Shown here: positions 56,669-64,000 of the stretch, piece by piece
How positions within the stretch are numbered: position 1 is the first letter of the stretch
Layout of the letters: every line of letters starts with the position of its first letter
Source: an uncultured Eubacteriales bacterium
GTDB lineage: Bacteria > Bacillota > Clostridia > Oscillospirales > CAG-382
Reading direction: 5' to 3'
NCBI GenBank assembly: GCA_934502885.1
Contig: CAKSUT010000004.1
Span: 39,232 to 103,231 of the forward strand
Length of the DNA: 64,000 nucleotides
Translations under genes and position numbers: made by a program
The notes under the pieces: generated by a model
What the model saw: the letters and a program-made list of their open reading frames with translations, nothing else
What the model was told of the DNA's origin: nothing
Databases searched by the model: none

Positions 56669-57642
56669 TGACAAACACGAATGCATTAAGAGAGCGCATA
56701 ATCGAGACAGCGAAAAAATGCGGAGCGGATATTGTCGGCTTTGCGCCTGCTAACCGCTTTGGTGCGGATGACCCTGTTTTCCGCATTTTTCCCGAGACAA
56801 AAACCGTGATAGGACTTCTTTTCAGAGTGCTCAGAGGCGCATACAGAACGGTAGAAGAGGGAACCACCTACTATCAGTATACGACAATGGGTGTTGAAAA
56901 TCTCGAAGAAATCGTAATGCCGATGGCACAGATAAGAGTCTGCGATGTCATTGAAAACGAAGGATATTGCACACTGCCGCAGAAGCGTTTCCAAATGATT
57001 ATGAAGGAGACCGACGGTACAAACCCCGAGGTCGATTACCGTGAGATATACAGAGGAAACGATAAAGAGGTACAGATGAATTTTGAGGACGCCGCCGTTA
57101 AATGCGGCCTTGGCGAGCTTGGCTTTTCGGGACGTTTGCTTACCGATGAATTCGGTCCTTTCGGAAGATACTGCTTCATTCTTACCGACGCCGAATTTGA
57201 ACCGACGCCGCTTGCAAAACCGCACATTTGCGATAATTGCCGAGAGTGCGAGAAGGCATGCCACGGTCATGCCATAAATGATGACGGAAGTCTTGATGAG
57301 TGGAGATGTGCCGTCTATTACAACGGTGCAAACGGCAGTAAGAACCCATTTATGCCGCCGGACGCACTCTCGGATTTTGAAGACAGACTCGAAATAATTA
57401 CCGGCGAGGCGCAGATAACGCCCGAAAAGGCAAGAAAAATTCTCGACACACTCTTTTATTACCCGCCGATTAAGCATTCTCTCCGTTCAAGTATCTGCGG
57501 ACGTGCCTGCGACAGAGCGTGCTACATCCACCTTGAAAAAGAGGGGAAACTGGCAAAGCACTTTGCGCATAAATTCAGAGATGGCAAAGACTGGGAGCTT
57601 TCAGTCGAGCAGTTTGAGAAGTATTCGACTGAAAAAGAATAG
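56665..57642 (+). CDS. QueG/reductive-dehalogenase-superfamily Fe-S protein, paralogue 3
   Basis: LRERIIETAKKCGADIVGFAPANRF, CGLGELGFSGRLLTDEFGP, CDNCRECEKACH and a distal CGRACDRAC. The start overlaps the stop of paralogue 2 (GTGATGA). Confidence 0.65.
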   Translation: MMTNTNALRERIIETAKKCGADIVGFAPANRFGADDPVFRIFPETKTVIGLLFRVLRGAYRTVEEGTTYYQYTTMGVENLEEIVMPMAQIRVCDVIENEGYCTLPQKRFQMIMKETDGTNPEVDYREIYRGNDKEVQMNFEDAAVKCGLGELGFSGRLLTDEFGPFGRYCFILTDAEFEPTPLAKPHICDNCRECEKACHGHAINDDGSLDEWRCAVYYNGANGSKNPFMPPDALSDFEDRLEIITGEAQITPEKARKILDTLFYYPPIKHSLRSSICGRACDRACYIHLEKEGKLAKHFAHKFRDGKDWELSVEQFEKYSTEKE

Positions 57643-57698
57643 TGTCCTCTAAAACGTCATATGTATTTGTATAAGCATATTTTAAGGGATGATAACCC

Positions 57699-58784
57699 GT
57701 GACGGTACAAAATGCATCGCCGCAGTTGTTTAGCCTTTCGCCGTTCAGCAATACATATGCGGATAAATACACGCCGGAAATGATAAGAAACGCATATTCA
57801 TTTCCGCAGGAATACGGCGGCGACGGAATAACCGTAGCCGTCATTACTGCGTTTGCAAACGTGAATATAGAAAACGACCTCAGAGTATTTTCCTCCGCAT
57901 TCGGCTTGCCGCCGCCTGAAGTTCGCATTGTCCGCACCTCGCAAAAGGTCAATACCGAAGCGGCGTGGGATAGGGAAGCGGCTCTCGATATCGAGTGGCT
58001 TCACGCCGCCGCACCGAAAGCAAAGCTTGTCCTCATTACTCCCGACAGTGCAATTCTCGAAAACCTCATGGAGTGCGTTGTCCTTGCAAAGGAGTATTCC
58101 GCAGATGTTGCATCGCTGAGCTTCGGACTTCAGGAAAAGTACGTTAAAGAGTTTTTTGAAGATAAGATTTCCGACGACATAATATACTTTGCCGCCGCCG
58201 GAGATCTTCCGGGGCAGAGCCTCTATCCGGCGTCATCACCAATGTTTGCCGGTGTCGGCGGAACGACGCTCGACATCGACGAAAGCGGAAATCGAATTTC
58301 CGTCGAGTCCGCATGGGAAAACGGCGGAGGCGGCGCAAGCTCTGTTTTTTCGATTCCCGATTATCAGAATATTTTCAGACCGATACCGTTCATGTCGCAG
58401 GGAATGCGTGCAATGCCCGACGTGAGCTTTTTCGCGTCGGGCGCAGCGGGTGCTGCCGTTTACTTTACCTCACAGCGGCTTTCGGAATCTGGGTGGATAT
58501 CTGCGGACGGAACAAGCCTCGGAACTCCCGTGTGGGCAGGAATTGCGGCAATGTGCCTTGAGGCATCGAAGGGCGCACTGCGCGGTCACAAACGGTTCAT
58601 GCACTTTCTGTATGAGCTTGCCGGAACTACCGCATACAATAACGCTCTGGGAAACTATACAGATATAGTCAACGGCGGAAACGGAGTATTCTATGCGTCA
58701 AAGGGATACGATTTCTGCACCGGACTCGGCTCTCCCGTCGTTAAGAACATAATTTCCGCCGCCGAAAAAAAGCAGGGAACGTAA
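57699..58784 (+). CDS. S53 (sedolisin/kumamolisin-like) serine peptidase lacking signal peptide and prodomain
   Basis: EAALDIEW (Glu/Asp of the S53 triad region), SLSFG and ADGTSLGTP (the GTSxxxP Ser motif). GTG start. Confidence 0.65.
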   Translation: MTVQNASPQLFSLSPFSNTYADKYTPEMIRNAYSFPQEYGGDGITVAVITAFANVNIENDLRVFSSAFGLPPPEVRIVRTSQKVNTEAAWDREAALDIEWLHAAAPKAKLVLITPDSAILENLMECVVLAKEYSADVASLSFGLQEKYVKEFFEDKISDDIIYFAAAGDLPGQSLYPASSPMFAGVGGTTLDIDESGNRISVESAWENGGGGASSVFSIPDYQNIFRPIPFMSQGMRAMPDVSFFASGAAGAAVYFTSQRLSESGWISADGTSLGTPVWAGIAAMCLEASKGALRGHKRFMHFLYELAGTTAYNNALGNYTDIVNGGNGVFYASKGYDFCTGLGSPVVKNIISAAEKKQGT

Positions 58785-58793
58785 GAGTAAGAC

Positions 58794-59552
58794 TCAATCA
58801 AGCTCGATGTAGTCAGATGATGCAAAACCTATTATTCCGTCGTATTCAACGCAGTACCATCCTCCCGTACTGCAAAAAACAAGAAGCTTTGCGCCGTTCG
58901 GCGCCTGACCGATTACCTTTGCGGACATCGAAGGTCTTTCTCTTATGTTGAGTCTGCCGCCCTCGGTACGGACTGTACCCTCCTTGTTGTCAATAGGTGT
59001 CTGCGCCTCTACAAATGGTATTCCGAAATACTCCGCAAGTCCCTGCACAAGGTTCTTGGCTATGGCGTCTATGTTGGCTTTTATCCACGCTTCATCCTGT
59101 TCATTGTCGTGGTATGCAAGCTCTGCAAGCACTGACGGCGCTCTTGTCCGTGTCACCTCGGCAAGAGCCGTTGTAGGCATGATTTTCACAAGCGACGGCG
59201 TCGGATAAATGCTCTGGTAATTGTCCGCAAGAACGGTTGCGGCGCGCTTTCCGTTGAGACTGCGTGTGTAGTAGTAGAAATCCGCTCCCTGCAAAACCCC
59301 GGCAAGATTCTCGGGCGAGGCATTTGAGTGGAGCGCGAGATGAAGGTCGTAGTTTCCGCTGTTTGACTGTGAAATTATACTCGATACACTGTCGGACGGA
59401 CTGTTTCGTGTGTATCCGATGCCCGTTGAGTCGAGATAGGGAATCATGGCGTCGGCGATGAGGTTCATGTAGTATTCCTCACTGCCGTCGCCGCTTCTGT
59501 AGATGTTGTATTCCTGGGTTGACGGACTTAAGTATATTGTCGGCATTGACAA
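58794..59552 (-). CDS. N-acetylmuramoyl-L-alanine amidase (Amidase_3) with C-terminal SH3b domain, no signal peptide
   Basis: Amidase_3 Zn-ligand context (LSPSTQEYN, LHLALHSNA, ELAYHDN). The SH3_3-like tail is GRLNIRERPSMSAKVIGQAPNGAKLLV...GWYCVEYDGIIGFASSDYI. Confidence 0.85.
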   Translation of the reverse strand: MSMPTIYLSPSTQEYNIYRSGDGSEEYYMNLIADAMIPYLDSTGIGYTRNSPSDSVSSIISQSNSGNYDLHLALHSNASPENLAGVLQGADFYYYTRSLNGKRAATVLADNYQSIYPTPSLVKIMPTTALAEVTRTRAPSVLAELAYHDNEQDEAWIKANIDAIAKNLVQGLAEYFGIPFVEAQTPIDNKEGTVRTEGGRLNIRERPSMSAKVIGQAPNGAKLLVFCSTGGWYCVEYDGIIGFASSDYIELD

Positions 59553-59606
59553 TTCCTCCTTGTGTAAAGTTACTGCATATTATGCGGAGAATGACTTTTG
59601 TGTTAA

Positions 59607-59640
59607 AACACCGTAACTGTAAAGCGGTGTTAATTTTTTT
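59607..59640 (+). terminator. Orphan terminator-like hairpin in a divergent intergenic region
   Basis: AACACCG-N11-CGGTGTT followed by AATTTTTTT. No + strand gene ends upstream of it. Confidence 0.35.
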
Positions 59641-59740
59641 ACAAAAACCGATAGCATACGAAACAGATGCGTGATACAATGTACTCATAATAGGGAAGTG
59701 TTTGTATAATCACTCATTCTTCTGCAACGGAGGACATAAA

Positions 59741-60301
59741 ATGAAATCACAAAACATGAAAATGTGCATTCTTGCCGCACTTTTTGCAGCATTTACCGCA
59801 ATACTTTCGCAGGTGGCGTTTCCCGTGCCGTTTATCACCGAAAACATACCTTTCTCTCTCGGTCTTCTTGCCGTGCTTATCACCTCGGGTGTCCTCGGCG
59901 GAGTGTGGGGAACGGCGAGTATCGCGGTTTATATCGCACTTGGATGTGTCGGCGTGCCGGTGTTTGCCAACTTCAGAGCGGCTGAAGCGATTGTCGGCGC
60001 AACCGGCGGATATATCGTCGGTTACCTTTTCTGCGCCCTTGTCGTAGGCTTTATTACCGACAGAAAAAAAGGTGCTTCCTACATAGCGAATGCACTTTCG
60101 ATGGTTGCCGGAACGGCGGTTTGCTATGCTTTCGGTACTCTTTGGTACTCGATTTACGCGGGCATTCCTTTTGCGGCGGCGCTTTCGACAGCAGTAGTAC
60201 CGTTTATTCCGCTTGACTTGGTGAAGATTGCCGTTTCCGCATATCTTGTAAAAAAGCTTCGCAAAGCGGCGTCAAGACAGCTTTTGCACGCGGTAGTTTA
60301 A
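59741..60301 (+). CDS. bioY: Biotin ECF-transporter S component BioY
   Basis: BioY pattern (ALFAAFTAILSQVAFPVPF..ENIPFSLGLLAVL, TGGYIVGY, VPFIPLDLVK). ~186 aa. ATG 59741 follows GGAGGA. Confidence 0.85.
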   Translation: MKSQNMKMCILAALFAAFTAILSQVAFPVPFITENIPFSLGLLAVLITSGVLGGVWGTASIAVYIALGCVGVPVFANFRAAEAIVGATGGYIVGYLFCALVVGFITDRKKGASYIANALSMVAGTAVCYAFGTLWYSIYAGIPFAAALSTAVVPFIPLDLVKIAVSAYLVKKLRKAASRQLLHAVV

Positions 60302-60331
60302 TTTTTGCCGGCGCACGGAAAGGAAAAGCAA

Positions 60332-61030
60332 ATGATTGAAAACGAAAAGGATAACGAAAAGAGCCTCGGTCTGTCGCTGTTTTCCGACTCGAACGGCGGA
60401 GAAAAGCTTACCTTCGTAAGCACGCGAAACGAAGAGCTTCCGTATCTCGTGATGCCGTCCGAGCTTGCCGAGTGTTCCGAAAGGTACGGATATCCGCTCA
60501 CGGATTTTGAAGCCCGGGATGTTGCCGAGAGTATTTCGGAAACCGCCGATTTTTACGACCTGTTCATCAATGCCGAAATGGTTGAGGATTCCGTGAAAAT
60601 GTGTTCTCTTCTTCATATCGATACGGCGCTTTACAAGGGCGGCGAGGTCGATTTCAGCATGATAGAGCAGTACAGCATACTCCAAGCGCGTGTTCATGAG
60701 GTGATAGATCTCTATATGCCCCTTTTGGACAGCGAACTCAAGGTTTTCCTCGGCTTTGAAAAGTGCGAGGATTTTGATGATGAATATAAGGATATGCTCC
60801 TCAACATAATAACCGATATGCTTGAATCGAACTCCGGTATTTATAAGGAGTATTCGCCGTATGAGGCTGCGTACCTGTTCTTTACCGCTCTCAAGCTCCG
60901 CTATAAGGACGAAATGGAAGAGTATCTCGAATACAGAGATCGCAAGGTTAAGCCCGGTCATTCGCTCTCCGACGTTGCGGACAGAGTGTTTGAAATGTAC
61001 GCAAACCTTGCAGGCGAAGAATACGAATAA
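60332..61030 (+). CDS. Hypothetical acidic protein
   Basis: 232-aa ORF. ATG sits 7 nt after GAAAGGA and 30 nt after the bioY stop. No TM helix or signal peptide. I recognised no family. Confidence 0.6.
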   Translation: MIENEKDNEKSLGLSLFSDSNGGEKLTFVSTRNEELPYLVMPSELAECSERYGYPLTDFEARDVAESISETADFYDLFINAEMVEDSVKMCSLLHIDTALYKGGEVDFSMIEQYSILQARVHEVIDLYMPLLDSELKVFLGFEKCEDFDDEYKDMLLNIITDMLESNSGIYKEYSPYEAAYLFFTALKLRYKDEMEEYLEYRDRKVKPGHSLSDVADRVFEMYANLAGEEYE

Positions 61031-61066
61031 TTCCCGGTGACATATTACGGAAAGGAGCGTCTGAAA

Positions 61067-62074
61067 ATGTCGGATATACGCAATTTTTACCCGATAGATT
61101 TTTCCGAAACCGACGATGCGAAATTTTTCTTTTCCGTGATAACCGCGGCGAAGCGCAAGGTATTGCTTTCGGAAGAGGAGCTTAGGTATGTCGATACGAA
61201 TATAGATCTGCTTCTTCGCGATGCACTCAAAACCTCGCATAAATCCTTCGTCCGCCGCGAAACGGCAAAGGAGCTTATCGAGGGTGTGTTCCGTGTGCTT
61301 GACAGCGCATATCCGCACACCTCCGACGGTGTGTCCGAAATACTCGACAGCGTGAAGAACGCAAAGCTTGATGTGTATGCGCTCAAAGGAAAGCGAATCT
61401 GCACGGCATATCTCAACAATGTCAGAAACAGAGCCTACCATATTGAACACGTCATGTACAAAAGGCGTCATCTTAAAATGGACTTTATTCTCGGAATAAA
61501 GTCGGAGATACTTTACACCGATATATACCGTGCCGGCGGAAATTCAACGACCGCGCTCCTGAAAGTCCTTGACCTCGAGCCTCCGGTGACGCTTGATGTT
61601 ATTTCCGAAGGCATGGATTATATGTGCGCGGCATTTGACCTTGCGGCGTACCTTGATGCAAAAGAGGTGCTTTTGGCGGCGGCAAAGTCGGGAATAGCAA
61701 CAGCCGATGAGATTTACTATAACAGAACCTTTGTTACGGCTCTTGTCACAAGCGCGCTTTTGTGCGCGTATTTCAGAGAGGATACGCTTTATGTGCCGAG
61801 CATAAAAATGTTCGATGCGGAGGATATGCTTCTTGAGATGACCGACGGCGAGCTTTGTGAATTTTTCTGTGACTGCACGAGAATATTCATCAACAGAAAA
61901 GGAATAGATACGGACGAAGTAAACCGCGTCACGACCGAAATAGAAAAGCTTTACGCTTTTACAGTAAACGGAGGCGACCTGAGCGAAGATACCGTCGCCG
62001 AGGCTTCGGCAAAATTTGTGAGGGAAAAACTTCACGAACGCGGAGATTTTGCAAAGTATCTTTTTGTAAGGTGA
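61067..62074 (+). CDS. Hypothetical helical protein
   Basis: 335-aa ORF. ATG 61067 follows AAAGGAG. No recognisable catalytic motifs. Confidence 0.6.
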   Translation: MSDIRNFYPIDFSETDDAKFFFSVITAAKRKVLLSEEELRYVDTNIDLLLRDALKTSHKSFVRRETAKELIEGVFRVLDSAYPHTSDGVSEILDSVKNAKLDVYALKGKRICTAYLNNVRNRAYHIEHVMYKRRHLKMDFILGIKSEILYTDIYRAGGNSTTALLKVLDLEPPVTLDVISEGMDYMCAAFDLAAYLDAKEVLLAAAKSGIATADEIYYNRTFVTALVTSALLCAYFREDTLYVPSIKMFDAEDMLLEMTDGELCEFFCDCTRIFINRKGIDTDEVNRVTTEIEKLYAFTVNGGDLSEDTVAEASAKFVREKLHERGDFAKYLFVR

Positions 62075-62087
62075 AAGGAGAAACCTA

Positions 62088-62324
62088 ATGACAAACGACA
62101 GAAGAGAGGCACTGGCAGAGCTTGCCGACAGACTTGCCGACCTCAACATTGAATTGCAGGAGCTGCTTGCCGAGGAGCAGGCGGAGTTTGACCGCATTCC
62201 CGATAAGATGCGCGCCGGCGACCTCTATGAAAAGGCCGAGGAAGCACTCGAAGCTCTCGAGGACGCTGTTGATAACATAGACGAGGCGGTTGATAATATA
62301 TCGCTGTCGGTCGAACTGAAGTAA
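62088..62324 (+). CDS. Small acidic coiled-coil protein
   Basis: 78 aa with heptad-like Leu/Glu/Ala/Asp content (ALAELADRLADLNIELQELLAEEQAEF). RBS AAAGGAGAA. Confidence 0.55.
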   Translation: MTNDRREALAELADRLADLNIELQELLAEEQAEFDRIPDKMRAGDLYEKAEEALEALEDAVDNIDEAVDNISLSVELK

Positions 62325-62332
62325 ATAAGAAG

Positions 62333-62372
62333 CGAGGTGCGTACACGCAATATGTACGCACCTCGTTTTTTT
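62333..62372. terminator. Rho-independent terminator (overlaps the stop of the convergent TPR gene)
   Basis: 13-bp stem CGAGGTGCGTACA/TGTACGCACCTCG with a 7-nt loop and a T7 run. Confidence 0.85.
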
Positions 62373-64000
62373 ACATCAAACTTTCAAGCCCGTAATTGAG
62401 GTTTGACGGATCACATTCGTGCGCCGCCGCAAAACAGCGGTGTGATTCATCCTCTTTTTCCATGAACCTGTATGCAAAGCCGAGAAGATAAGAGAAATAT
62501 GCGCATCTTGCCGTCTTCGCGTCGTCACAGTATGAGATGAAGAACGGTGTCGTTCCGAAATATCCCGGATCCTCCTTGCCGATTGCTGCGCTCCATGCTT
62601 TGAAATGCTTGTCGATAATCGCACGTCCGGCGTAAAATCTGCCGAGCTTTGCAAACGATACCGCCATGTAATACGGAAGCTCCGGCAAATGCATATTCGA
62701 GAAGTAATCAACCGTAAGAGAGGTTATGTATTCGTATATTTCATGGGCTTTATCACTGTGTCCCGTTTTTTCAAGGCAAAGCGCAAGATAGAATTTGTGC
62801 GGAACGAGTCTGCATTCGTTCCAGAGCCCGGCACCGAGATTTTTCGGAAGCACCTGCGCCGCTTCAAATTCCGCTGTCGCCTCGGCGTACTTTTCGTCGG
62901 TCATGAATGCTCTGCCTTTTGCGTAGTGAGCAAACATATACTCTTCTGCAACCGCGTGCTCACCGCCTTCGCAGGGAATAAAGGTGTGACCTCCGAGAAG
63001 CGTGAGAGCGGCATCATACTCGCCGTTTTGATTGTATACACGTGCAAGCTCAAGACAGATATCATCGCGCAGAATACCGTCCGTGTTGTCTTTTATGAAG
63101 CGTATGCGCTCAGACGGCGCAACTCCGAGTTTTCCCGAAACGACAGCTGTTTCGTATACAAGCTGTTTGTCACGCGGCTTCAGTTCAAGTGCCTTTTTCA
63201 GAAGCGGAAGAACTCTTTCCTTTTCACCAAGGTGACTGTAGCAAAGTGCCGCAAGGTTTCTGTACGCCGCATACATCGACGTATCCTGTGAGATTGCCGC
63301 TTCAAAATGCGCCTTTGCGTTTTCGTGCTGACCGAAATAATACTCCATGCATCCCAAAAGGTAATTTGCGTTCGGAAGAGGAGCTTCTTCGGTTTTTGTT
63401 ATGCGCTTAAGTATTTTATACTCTTCCGGTCTCGACGGGAACGCAGAACCTACATCTGCTCTCTCGCCGTTTTCGGTGTCTCCGAGCACAAAGTATACCA
63501 TCTTTGTTTTCACGCCGTCACCGAGTGCGCCGAGAAGCTCATTTGCCCATTCGTTCTCTCCGCATGAGACAAGATCAAAATACAGATCAAGACAGGTTTC
63601 CACAGGATTGCTGTGTAACTCCGCGCAGAACCGAGATTTATCGCCGCCCGATATGACGGTGCGGACATACCGCGCAAGGTGAAAGAGGAGATCGGCTTTC
63701 AGTATGTCGTCCAGACACTCTGCCGCTTCGCCGGTTTTTCCGAGATGAGTGAGCGCAACCGCACGGAAAACTCCGGCTTTTCCGTTTTCGGCGTTTAGGC
63801 GCAGTGCGGTTTCCGAATGATCGAGCATTGCGGTATAGTCGCGGTTTGAGCCGTCAAGAGCCGCTATGTGCGTCATTGCCGCCGATTTGTAATCCATGTT
63901 CCACGCCGCCTTGTAAAAGCTGTCGTAGGCTGTGCCGAGCATATCGAGAGCAAGTTCGCAAAGAGCCTTCGTATAGAAAAGCTTTCCGCTCTGCGGACGC
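62371..64000 (-). CDS. TPR-repeat protein, C-terminal part (N-terminus beyond window end)
   Basis: The reverse frame stays open from 63942 to base 64000 (checked codon by codon), so the ORF-track Met is internal. It contains multiple TPR-like A..Y/F..A..L helical pairs. Confidence 0.7.
   Translation of the reverse strand, partial: RPQSGKLFYTKALCELALDMLGTAYDSFYKAAWNMDYKSAAMTHIAALDGSNRDYTAMLDHSETALRLNAENGKAGVFRAVALTHLGKTGEAAECLDDILKADLLFHLARYVRTVISGGDKSRFCAELHSNPVETCLDLYFDLVSCGENEWANELLGALGDGVKTKMVYFVLGDTENGERADVGSAFPSRPEEYKILKRITKTEEAPLPNANYLLGCMEYYFGQHENAKAHFEAAISQDTSMYAAYRNLAALCYSHLGEKERVLPLLKKALELKPRDKQLVYETAVVSGKLGVAPSERIRFIKDNTDGILRDDICLELARVYNQNGEYDAALTLLGGHTFIPCEGGEHAVAEEYMFAHYAKGRAFMTDEKYAEATAEFEAAQVLPKNLGAGLWNECRLVPHKFYLALCLEKTGHSDKAHEIYEYITSLTVDYFSNMHLPELPYYMAVSFAKLGRFYAGRAIIDKHFKAWSAAIGKEDPGYFGTTPFFISYCDDAKTARCAYFSYLLGFAYRFMEKEDESHRCFAAAHECDPSNLNYGLESLM

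Noticed and set aside
59553-59740. BirA operator upstream of bioY
   Set aside because: TGTTAA occurs twice, but as a direct repeat rather than an inverted one. Nothing resembling a TTGTTAACC-N15-GGTTAACAA palindrome is present.
1-64000. Search for CRISPR arrays, rRNA/tRNA genes, IS elements, integrases and prophage blocks
   Set aside because: I saw no regularly spaced direct repeats, no tRNA-like cloverleaf candidates in intergenic regions longer than 100 nt, and no transposase, integrase or recombinase-like ORFs. This was done by eye, so small or degenerate elements could have been missed.

Overview
The window is a 64-kb chromosomal segment that looks like a Gram-positive anaerobe of the Clostridia. 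The taxonomic call is inference, possibly Ruminococcaceae/Oscillospiraceae-like. It rests on a cohesin/dockerin protein, SLH domains, WhiA, DnaE, Cheo-type LexA boxes and many near-consensus TTGACA-N17-TATAAT promoters. I count about 58 protein-coding genes, mostly on the + strand. I could not recognise any rRNA, tRNA, CRISPR array, transposase or integrase.

The housekeeping backbone is:
- purB, lexA, an OmpR/HK pair, glyA-dut-DUF4321-maf
- zur-znuACB, yceD-rpmF
- an almost complete shikimate/aromatic amino-acid supraoperon: pheA-aroB-aroC-aroE/K-aroQ-aroA-tyrA, then a DAHP synthase
- secDF, murB-whiA, dnaE, bioY

The parts worth a second look, in order of interest:
1. 52.6-58.8 kb: an AraC-flanked operon encoding a U32-like Fe-S protein, three tandem divergent QueG/reductive-dehalogenase-superfamily Fe-S paralogues and a leaderless S53 peptidase. 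This is my best candidate for an undescribed anaerobic redox system.
2. 11.7-15.9 kb: a short, monocistronic glycyl-radical enzyme with an atypical glycine loop and no activase, next to an AraC regulator and an MDR dehydrogenase.
3. 39.8-44.4 kb: an SLH-anchored beta-helix protein followed by a leaderless tandem paralogue, with a 47-nt perfectly identical tract between them.
4. 15.9-21.4 kb: a small accessory islet with a DUF5710-like/Zn-ribbon orphan, a decayed HD gene, an ogt pseudogene with two in-frame stops, two tandem CAT-like acetyltransferases and an AT3 acyltransferase with an unknown C-terminal domain.
5. 29.18-29.22 kb: a perfect 17-bp inverted repeat in the leader of the aro operon, next to a divergent TetR gene.
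6. 60.3-62.3 kb: three acidic unknown-function genes after bioY.

All family assignments come from reading motifs by eye. No database search was run.
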